The notes beneath the pieces are model-generated. The model was given only the letters and a program-made list of their open reading frames with translations. It had not been told where the DNA came from and made no database searches. DNA of 64,000 nucleotides from a virus. The first letter of the stretch is position 1. Each line of letters starts with the position of its first letter. The position numbers were made by a program, and so were the translations under genes. Positions 11,301 through 23,300 of this stretch are shown here, in pieces. Where the stretch lies: IMG/VR virus record IMGVR_UViG_3300020470_001313, positions 86,608 through 150,607 of that record, one strand, 5' to 3'.

Positions 11301-14300
11301 AACCAACCAAATCCATATGGTTTAACACCCCAGAATGTTCCCTTCATATCATTTGAAGGTGAACCATCACCAACAACTACGTTACCGTTAATGAATAGTG
11401 AAGGACCAATCGCACCTGTTACAGCATCCCATGTAAATTCTGCCTGATCTGTAGCACTCCATGAAATGCTATGACGGAACTTGTAATACTCATCCTGCTT
11501 AACAAAGCAACTGAATGTATATTCTTGATAAGATAGTGAAGAACCTTCGTCAAAGTTGTTATTAGTATCATCAAATGTGAGTGTAGCAGAGTCAAATGTA
11601 TCAAATGTTGGTAGATTGAATGTTCTTTCAATTACTTTTGGATCAGTATTAACACCAGGAATATACTTGTCAGCAGTTGAAGTACCGTCTGGTGCAACAC
11701 CTATATCATTAGAAATAGTACCACCACTTACAGTCCAACCACCAGCATCAAAAGTCTCTCTCTGTCCACTTGGCCAGATATTATCTGATTGAGTCTCAGA
11801 TGAGACAGGTGATGTAATTAAACGTATATTCTGTAATGCTGCGGTATTATTGAGGTTTGCAGTGCTTACTGGACCTTCAATGCAACCTTCATCCGCACTA
11901 GTAAATGTATGAGTAAAGTCACCACCAGTTTGTATTGCATTAATGGCAGCTGCTTGTCCAGCAACGAATGTATGTGGATACTGGTCAGCAGAAGCTGCAA
12001 CACCAACATTAATTATTATAGTTCCATCTTGCTTCTTAATACCATTAGGTTTACATGTTACGTAAGTATGTGTTGATGTATCAGGTGAAGCACCAATATT
12101 AATACTAAACGAATCGTTATTAATAATTGTAGGTTCCAACCACTTCTGACTCTTAGGATCAGTTGCTCTTGGATATGCATGAACACTAATCTCATTATCT
12201 AAAGCACACTTAAAGGTGATTGCACCATCATCAAGTTTAATTAAATCACCAGCAGAAATACCATGATTATTAATATTAAGTGTTAATATACCATTATTAG
12301 GATTATATGTAGCATCATCAGGATCATCTACATTATCTGTACCTACTGATTTAATGTTAATTGACTTATTATAATATGGGTCAGTTGTACGTGGGTATGT
12401 TTGATTACCAGCACCCTGAGTACATGTAAATGTCAAACTATTAGGTGCAAGTCTAATGCTAGTACCAGCAAGCAATCTATGACCAGTCATAACTGCTCCA
12501 GGTAGACTGGAAGCATATGTATGTGCGACTGGTACACTAATAGCACCGCCATTTGGATCATTAACATTAACTGTTATAGTTGTAGAACTAGTTGCTGTAA
12601 TAGCAAGTCTATTCTTAGCAGCATAATCTATACCACCTACTGCACGAGAACCAGTTAATCTAGGATATGCAGATTGAGTTTGAGTTGATTGACCAACATC
12701 AATAGTAACAGTTGTTGCGGTTACAGCATCAATTGGTAAAGTTTGACCTGAAGCAGGGTCAGAAGAACGAGGATAAGGGTGCTGTGTAGCATGGTTATCA
12801 GCGTCACAAGTAAAGATAACTGCTTGATCAGCAATCTCAACAGTATCACTAGTAGTATAACTATGAGATCCAATCTCAACTACTAGAAGTCCAGTTGCAG
12901 GATCATATGTTGTACCAGCAGCAGCAGTCTTTTGACTTAAAGTTCCACCAACATCAAATGTTAATCCATTAGTTGTACCAGTAACAAATGTATGAGTACC
13001 TGTTGCAGCAGCACAAGTGAAGGTAATAGATTCTGGTTTAAGACCAATAGTATCATCAGTAGTCAATCCATGATTATTACCAACAGTTAACTCCATATCA
13101 CCCGAAGTTGGGTTGTATGTTGCGTTACTTACATCAAGTGATCCAACTGTCAATTCCATATCACCAGTAATATGGTTGTAATCAGCAGCAGTAGGGGTAT
13201 AAGTTCCAGCAGTTGATTTACCAACATCAACAGTAACAGTGTTAGTAGTTACTGCCTCAACAGCAATATCTTTCTTATAGAATGGGTCAGTAGGTCTTGG
13301 ATATGAATGGTAACTACTATCATCATCCATTGCACAAGTAAATGTCAATGAATTAGGTTTGATTTGAATTACATCATTCTGTTTCTGGAGACAATCACTA
13401 AGTGCTGTCTGGAAAGTATGAGCACTAGTGTTAGAAGATATTCCTACATTAACCTCAAAAGTATTTGTAGTTACTGCGGCAATAGTCAACCATCTACCAC
13501 TAGCAGGATCAGATGATCTTGGATAAGTCTTAGTTACACTATTATCTAAAGCACACTTGAATGTTAATGAATTATCATCTATTTTAATCTTATCACCATT
13601 CTTAAATCCATGACCACTTAAAGTAATCACCATTGCACCTGTAGCAGGTGTAAAGGCAGCACCAGTTGGTGTATGCTTAGTATATGGTGTCATTCCATGA
13701 CCAGGAATGGTTAATACCAACTTACCTGTTGAAGGTGTATATGATACAGCAGTTGGAGTATAAGGAGTACCAATTAAATCAGATGTAGAAAGTAAATCAT
13801 AAATTGCATCATCTTTAACCTGTTTTAGGAAAGCAGTTTCTTCTGCTTCTTCCCAAACTCCACCCCAGTCAGCGATGGTAGAAGATCTAATCTCTTCTTC
13901 AAAGTACTCATCACCAACAAGTATTTGTAATGCTGCTTCACGACCTTGCTTACCAGCAGGTACAAGGATCTCAATTATAGTTTCAATTAAAGTATCAATA
14001 GCAGATTGAACATTAGCACAATCTTGAGCAGTATAATCAGTATTATAACCATCATCCTGAGAATCAGTTATAGTTAAATCTGTAACAGCAGGATTGATGT
14101 TTTGATCACTAAATCTACCAACATAATGTTCTGGAGTTAATTGACCAGCACCAGTACTCTGAAGTAAGTTATTAACTGCTTTCTTACAAAGGAATCCTGT
14201 TCTCTGAATTGCTTCAGCAGTTTGAGCAAGTTGATCTTCAACCTGTACAATATTATTAGATGTGTCAAGGAACTTCTTAGCAGCCTCTACAGAACTGTAG

Positions 14301-17300
14301 TTACCACCAACAAGAAGGTCAGAAGCAATAGAGTCAACGATAAGAGTCATATCTCTGATACACTTATTCTTACCGTCAGTATCACCACCTGGGTAGTCAA
14401 ATACTCTTATAGTGTTGCTACCAGCATCAATATAACTGAACTTCTCTTGCATCAGTCCAACTGCTTCAATAGCAATGTATTCTTTGTTAAAGATCATCAA
14501 ATCGGCAGCATCAGCAAATCTGTCACCAGTTGGTGAAAGAGTACTATTCATCAAATTAACAAGAGTGTCAATAGATGCCTTGACGTTTGCACATCCACCA
14601 CCATCAACAGTAATTCCAGCAGGAGGAATAATAACATTAGTAGAGTAATTAGCAACTAGAGTTCCGTCAATTGCTGCCTTAGCATAGAATGCTAGACGCT
14701 CATGAGCATATAGTGACTGTAGAAGTTGTAGTCTAATATGAAGTATCTCACCGTCAGAACCAAGATAGTATCTAAAGGCAGTAACAGTATTTGCATTACC
14801 ACCAAACTCTAAGTCTTCTGCAATAGCATCAAGAATTAAACCAAGGTCAGTCTTACAACGTATTGTACCAAGACCAGAAGCACCACCTGCGTTTCTTGGC
14901 ATATCCTGTACAAGATCAGGATAACGAGCAAGCATATCACCAGCAGTTTCATCAACAATAACAGTTGCATTAGCACGAATTAAATTCGCAGCATCCTTAT
15001 ATCTGTTGAGTGCATCTGGATTTAATTGATTACTTACAAATAAATCATCATCTGGGAATTCTTTATCACAAGTCCATTCGCTAGTAACATAAGCATCAAC
15101 TACACCACCACCAGTTTCACTGGTAGGAGCAGTTCTAGTTACAGTACCAAGATGGTCAGATGGTGTTAATGAATTTGCCTTATCAATAGTGTCAGATATA
15201 ATACCTGTATAAGTTGTAATTGCAGAAGCAACATCCTGACAATAAGGATTAGCAGTATCTCTAGTGATTGTAGTATCAATTACCTGTTCATATCCATGAT
15301 CTCCAGTTATTGAGATTGCGTCTCCACGCATAACATTGATCATGAAATCACGAACCTTAGCAATTGCCCATACAGTCTCACCCTCTTCACCAGAAATATG
15401 GTTTATAGTAATATTATTAGTGTCTGAACGATCAACATAGTATAGAGCAGTATCCCAAGACTTACTATTTCCTTCATTACGTAAGTCATAGCATATTGCC
15501 TTAACCCATTCTTTAGCATCTCTAACACACTTAGAGAATGATGGATGAGTTCTTTGAATAAAGTTAACCGAACTTGGATATTCAAGAGTTCTATTAGCAC
15601 CAGGATCAGATAAAGTATCTGTTACAATCTTCATCAAAGCATCAAGACGTGCATTTGCTTCAGGATATCCACCATAAACGAATGGAATATTTGAATTAGT
15701 TTGCTGAATTTCACCGTGAGAAGTAATTGCATTATCTTCAGAACTTACAAATGTATGTGCATAACCACCACCAGTCTTAACAGCACCAGCAGTAGCACTC
15801 TGGAATGTATGAGTGTAGTTACCACCAGCAATTACAGCACCAGCAGTAGCACCAATAAATGTATGGGCAGTAGGTGAACCTACAGAAGTAATTGGTTTTA
15901 CATCAACTGTAATAGTTCCAGTTTGTGTCTCAAGACCATTAGATGTAGCACTTATAAAGATATGCTCAAAATCTCCAATAGTAGTTTGACCAACCTGAAC
16001 ATCAAATGTATTGTCAGTTATATTACTGATTGCCATCCACTTATTACTAATAGGATCATTTCCTCTAGGATAAGTATGAAGTGTCTGATGTAAATCCTTA
16101 TTACATGTAAATGTTAATGAATTATCTAATATTCTAACCTTATCTTGATCAGTAAATCCATGATTAGCAATAGTTAGTTTTAATATACCAGTAGAAGCAG
16201 TATATGTAGCACCTGTTACTGTATGCTGATTCTTACCAACAGCAGTAATAGGAAGTGCTCTCTGCCAAGCATAGTCAGCACCAGCAGGTGTACCACCAAC
16301 ATAACCAGAACCAGTTCCACGAGGATAAGCAACCTGTACAGGTGAACCACCATAAGTACACTGGAATGTTAATGAACTATCTGCTAGTTTAATACTTTGT
16401 GCTTCAATTAAATCATGAGCACCAATATTAAGTACTAAATCACCAGAAGTGAAGTTATAAGTTGCACCAGCAACATCATATAGAACTTGAGGTGATGCAC
16501 CAACATTAACTGTAATTTCACCAGTCTGCTTCTTAAGAGCATTACCTACACAACTGTTAAAGGTATGAATAGAAGTATCTGGAGACTTACCAATTTGTAT
16601 ATCAAATGTATGTGTTGTTAAGTTCTCAATTGGAATCCACTGAGATGCAGAAGGATCTTTTGGTCTTGGATATGAATGATATGTTGTATCATTATCTAAC
16701 TTACAAGTAAACTTCAATGCATCATTATCAAGTTTGACTTGATCTCCAGCAACCTTAATACCATTAGCAGCAGCACTCTGGAATGTATGAGTGTAATTAC
16801 CACCAGTTCTAACAACAGAAGTTAAAATACTGTTATTAACAGCATTAACGAAGGTATGTGTATAATTACCACCACTTTGAACAGCATTAGAGGAAGTACC
16901 ACCAACCCATGTGTGTGCTGATACGTTAGAAGAAATACCAACGTTAATAGTAATGGTTGTACGACTTACATCATCAACATAGATTGTTCTATCATAGTAT
17001 GGGTCTCTCTGAATTGAAATACCATTATTAGTAGCAGACTCAAATATATGAGTATCTGGGTTTGTAGAAGGTGCAAGATCTAGAACTTGAACTTTAAAGG
17101 TAGTTGAAGTTACATCAAAGATTGGTAACCATCTACCACTAGCATAATCACTTCCACGAGGATATGAGTGGTTAGTAGCATTACCATCCTTAGCACACTT
17201 GAATGTTAATGAATTATCTGCAATCTTAATCTTCTCACCATACTTGTAACCATGAAGAGGTACAGTCAATGTCAAATGTCCTGTAGCAGGATCATATGAT

Positions 17301-20300
17301 GCAGTATTAACTGTAGAAGTATCAATTGTATTTCTTGGATAGGTGTGAGTTGTTACACCATCTGGTTCTTGTGCAGTAGCATCTTGCTGACACTTGAATG
17401 ATAATGAGTTAGCAGCAATCTTAATACCTTGTCCTTTCTTAATTCCGTGGTTATGACCAACAGTAAGAACCATCTCACCTGTATTTGGTGTATAGACTGC
17501 ATTAGTTACATCATGGTTAACTATAGGTGTCTGACCAACAGGAACTGTAATTGTATTAGCATCTACAACAGTTACATCTAACCACTTGTTAGCAACTGGA
17601 TCTGTTGAACGAGGATATGAATGAACAGTTTCATGATGATCCATGTCACATGTAAACTGAAGTGCATCCTCAGCAATCTTAATTCTACCAGTGGACTCAA
17701 GACCATGACCATTAATAGTCATCTGAAGAGTACCATTACCAGGATTGTAAGTTGCAGCACTAGGTGTTAATCCTACAGCAGGAACAAACTTGTGAGCAAA
17801 CTGATTACCAGAAGATCCTACATTTACATTAATAGTAATAGTAGTTGCAGTAACTCCCTTAATATTCAATGCTGCATTATAAGCAGGATCAGTTGTTCTT
17901 GGATACTTATGAGTAGTAGCATAACCATCATTAGAACAAGTGAATACTAAAGATTCTTTTGCTAGTTTAATAGCAGTTCCAACCTTAAGATCGTGGTTAC
18001 CAATCTCAAGTACCAAATCACCAGTTAGATGATCATAATCTGCATGAGCAACATGGAAGTCCTTAAGAGGTGACTTACCAACATTAACTTTGAATACTGT
18101 AGTACTGTCAACATCAACATCTAACCACTCACCGAAGGTAGGATCACTCTTACGTGGATAGGTCTTATTACCAGAACCCATTGCACAACTGAATGTAAAT
18201 GCACCTTCTTCAAATCTTACACGAGCACCATTAGCAAGACCATGAACAGCAGTTGTAGTAACTGACAATTCACCAGTTGCAGGATCATATGTTGTACCAG
18301 AAGCACCAGTTAGATTAGTTGGTCCACTCCAACCATGATTCTGTATATCAAGAGTTAGAACACCTGTTTCAGGATTGTATCTAGTACCAGCAGTACCGAT
18401 ACCAACATTCATTGTAATATCGTTTCCAGACTTAGTAATTGGAATTACTCTACTCCAAGTAGCATCTGCTGTACCAGTTCCTAATGTAGTAAAGATTGGG
18501 TCAGTTGCTCTTGGATAAGCATGGTTTGTAGCATTATTGTCAAGGTCACAAGTCATTGTTAGTGAACTGACCTTCATTTGAACTTCATCACTAGCAGCAA
18601 GTGAATCTGTACCATCAGCACCAACAGTAAGAACTAAGTTACCAGTTTCAGCAGTATAAACTGCACCAGTTACAGTGTAAGTATTACCAGTAGCACTAGC
18701 ATCTCTAATACCACCACTAAGAGCAGATACAAATGCATGGTTACCAGCAACTACTGTATGCTGAGTTTGACCAACAGCAGTAATAGGAATGGTAGTATTA
18801 TGAACTGGATCAGTTGCACGAGGATAAGTCTTGTTAGTATTCTGACTATCCATGTTACACTGGAATGTCAAAGAATCAGTATCAATCTTAATACCATTAC
18901 CAACATTCATGTTGTGCTTACCAATATTAAGCACTAAGTTACCATCAGCAGGAGTATAGGTAGCAGCAGATACATCATGTCCAACTTCAGGAGAAGAACC
19001 AACATTAAATGTAATATTACCATCTTGTCCTAAGAGTCCATGTGGAGCATGGGACTTGAATACATGATTATAAGCACCACCATTGTAAACAACTGCTCTT
19101 GTTAAACAATTGAATACAGCAGAAACGAATGTATGAACTGTATTATTAGAAGTAGGACCAACATTAATAGCAAATGTATCTGTAGTGACCTTACCAATCT
19201 TCATCCACTTACCGCTAAATGGATCAGTCTCTCTTGGATAAGAATGCTGTGTCTTATTATCGTCAGTAGCACATGTGAATACTAAACCAGCATCAGCAAC
19301 CTTAATATATTCACCACTTGCAAATGTATGATCAGCAAGAGTTAGAGTCATCCAACCTGTAGCAGGATCATAATCAGCATCAGTTGGAGTATACTGGTTG
19401 TTAGCATTAACAAATTGATGAGTACTTGTATTGGTTGGAGTAGTACCCTGTAATGCATTAACCTGAATAGTACCACTCTGATACTGAATACCGTTAGCAA
19501 CAGCACTGTCAAATGAGTGAGTTGTAGTGTTAGAAGAAACTCCTACATTACACTTAAAGGTATCAGCATCTACTACCGTTACTGTAATCCACTTACCACT
19601 TATAGGGTCAGTAGATCTTGGATATGCATGAGTACCACCACCAGCAAGACATGTGAATACTATTGAACTGTCTACTATTTTAATTCTTTGACCAGAAACA
19701 AATCCATGAGCAGCAGATGTAATTGTTAATAAACCTGTAGTAGGTTCGTAAGTTGCACCAGTTGCTGTCTTAGAATTAGTTCCAATATCAGTAATCTTAA
19801 GGAACTTATTATATGCAGGATCAGTTGTTCTTGGATATGACTTATTAGTGATGTAATTATCACTATTATGGTTACAAACAAAGTTTAGAGAATTGTTTGC
19901 AATCTTAACATACTCACCAACAGAGAAGTCATGATCTCCAATAGTAAGTTCTAGAACTCCAGATGCAGGTGTATAAGATGCACCACTAACACTGAATCCT
20001 TCAACATTTTCACCAGTACCAGTTTCAATACAGTTATTATCAGCACGAACAAATGTATGTGCAGATGTGTTAGAGGATACTCCAACATTAACAGTAATCT
20101 TACTATCTCTTCTTATAATACCATTTGTAGCAACAGCAGTACAGTTATGATTTGAGGTATCTGAAGACTTACCTATCTGAACATCAAAACTATTTGTAGC
20201 AACAGCATTAATACGTAACCACTGACCACTAGCAGGATCAGTTGGACGTGGATATAGATGATTACTACCGTAACTATCAGTATTACACTGGAAGGTTAAG

Positions 20301-23300
20301 GACTCATCAACAATCTTAACGTATTCACCGACAGTGAAATTATGACCTGTTTGACCAATTGTTAGGACACCTGTTGTAGGTTCATAGTCGGTATCTGACT
20401 GAGCAGCAGTATATGGTGTACCTTCATACTTAATAGGAATTGAAGTATCATATACTTTGTCACGTTTCTGTTTAATACCATTAGCAGTACCAGAAACGAA
20501 TGTATGAGTGTAGTTACCACCAGTCTCTACAGCACCAGCAGAAGCAGAAACGAATCTATGCTCTGTCTGATCTGTTGAAGGAGCAGATGGAAGAACCTGC
20601 ATACTAATGGTCATGTCCTTACCAGTGACACATCCAGCAGTACAAGATACAAATGTATGAGCAGTTGTGTTAGTAGAAGGAACAGCAGGTAGAATCTGAA
20701 CAGTTACAGTATCAGGTGTTCTATTAAATACACTTAACCACTTACCACTTGCTTCATCAGTTGCTCTTGGATAAGAATGAACTGTGTCATGGTTATCATG
20801 ATCACATGTAAAGCTAAGAGCATTGTTTGCAATCTTGATCTTATCACCATTCTGTATAGGATGATCCTTAATAGTTAAGGTCATATGACCTGTAGTAGGA
20901 TTATAATCAGCAAATGTAGGTGTTAAAACAGCATCGCCAACAGCAGTGATAGCAATGGAAGTGTTGTATGTAACACTGTCATTACCATTACTTCTAGGAT
21001 AAGTCTTAGTTGTTGAGTGATTATCGTTGTTATAATCACAAGTAAAGGTTAATGAATCTTGAGCAAGTTTAATTGCATCACCAACAACCATTCCATGAGT
21101 ACCAATGGTAAGTTCCATGATACCTGTAGTTGGGTTGTAAGAAGCATCAGTTGGTGTATAATTTACAGCAGGAGACTTACCTACATTAACAGTAAATCTT
21201 GTAGTACTAGGAATACTCTCAACTTGTAACCACTTATCATATGTTGGGTCAGTCTGACGTGGATATGCCTTATTAGAACTACCACCATCCATTGTGCAAT
21301 TAAATGTGATTGCACCTTCATCAAACTTGATCCAATCACCTACTTGCATACCATGTGTAGCAGCAGTAGTAACATCTAAAACACCAGTTAAAGGAGCATA
21401 GGTTGAACCAGATGCTGCCTGATGAGTGTCAATAGCTGTACGAGGATAAGTATGCTCAGTAGCATTACTATCTAAAGCACAAGTCCAAACTAATGAATTA
21501 GGTTGAATCTTAATTGTCTGACCCGCAGCAAGACTATGTGTACCAATATCAAGTACCATATCTCCTGTAGTAGGATCATATGTACCATCAGTAGGAGTGA
21601 ATGTGTAAGATAGACTCTTACCTACATTAACTTCAAAACTGTCTGGATTTGAATTAGAAATCTTTAACCAACGACCATTCCAAGGATCAGTTGTTCTTGG
21701 ATAATTATGATCAGTATGATGATCATCTTGATCACATGTGAATACTAATGACTTACCAAGAATCTGAACACTATTACCATCTACAAATTTATGTCCAGGA
21801 ACCCATAACTGAAGTATTCCAGTCTCAGGATCATAAGTTGCATTATCTATAGTATGAGATGTAATACCAACTTCTTTAACTGGATTCTTACGTAAATATG
21901 CTTGATCTTCAAGACGAGGATATGTGTGCTCAGACTTATTACCGTCCATTGCACAAGTAAACTTCAATGAGTTAGCAGTAACACATGCACTACCATTAGA
22001 ACGAGTAGAGTTAACTATAAAGTTGTGTGATTTACCAATATCTACTGTAAGATCACCAGATACAGGTTCATAAGTTGCATCAGATGCCTTGAATCCATTA
22101 TATTGAAGAACTGGAGAGTTGTTAATTACTCTCTTGGTAATGTCTCTGGCTTCGTTAAAGACACGAATTGAGAAACTTTCCTTGCCTTTAAGGTGGTCAA
22201 GTTTAGCATTATTGACATATAACTTAGCAGCATCATATGTTTTATTGTTGTAACCATATGTTAGGTTGTAAGAAATATTTCTGATAATATCTTTTACGTC
22301 ATCCTTACAATCTATAGGACCAGTTCCTGGAGGTGGTTCTGGTGAAATACGATCATATGCTTCAGCAGCAATGAAATCTAAGTTACTTTGGATGACATTA
22401 TAGAATTCCTTACCGTAAGTAATAGGTACTTCAGTATCAGGATGAGGAATGTGTAATTTAACAAACTCTTTGTCAGTCTGATAGATTGCTTCATTAGCAA
22501 TCAATTCAACGTTGTTTAATATCTCAGTTGAAGCATCAAAGAATCTGAAGGTAGTATCACCAGTTAAGAACTGATCACCTTCGTTCCATGTAGGTACTCC
22601 AGACCAATCTTGGAAAGTAGTAGATAGGTTAGCACCATCAAAGTGTACTAGGAGAAGAGTGTTAGCATCTCCTTGATGCATATACGTTGCAACAGTAAAG
22701 TTAGTAGTATAACGCTTATTATTAGATACCCTTAATTCATCAACATATCCTTGGAACTGGTTGGCAGCAGCATGATCTGCACCAATCTTAATTGGTTTTG
22801 TAGTACCATAATCAGTAGCATTAGTCCAAGTAGAACCTACCTGAGTTCCATCTAAGAACATTCTATGATTGTTTCCGTCTCTAGAAACTGCTACATGATG
22901 CCATGTATTTTGAGTTACAGTACCACCAGTAATTACGTCAGCACCACTAACATGGAATTCTAATCCAGTACCATCAAGTCTTATACAAGGTGATGCTTCT
23001 GAAGCTTGAGTTCTAAAGTCAATTAAATGCTGAGTACCAGTAACACTAGCAGCATAGAACCAACACTCAACTGTCCATTCACCATTTCCAAAACCAAATT
23101 CAGTTGAAGTTGGAACTGAAACATAAGCAGAACCATTCAAATATAGAGATGCACTACCAAATTTCTTTTGTAGAGTTGCATTAATAGCACCACTTTGAGC
23201 AACAGGAACGTGTAAATCTGTACTACGACGTGCTACCTTACCAAGATAAAGATATTTACGTGCATAGTTAGTACCAATTACTTGAGCAGTACCATTCTCA

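Noticed and set aside
11873-22093. CRISPR array, DGR template/variable repeat or other DNA-level repeat system
   Set aside because: Repeats are in-frame protein modules diverged at synonymous sites; no constant repeat-spacer pattern, no adenine-specific variation seen and no reverse transcriptase in the window.
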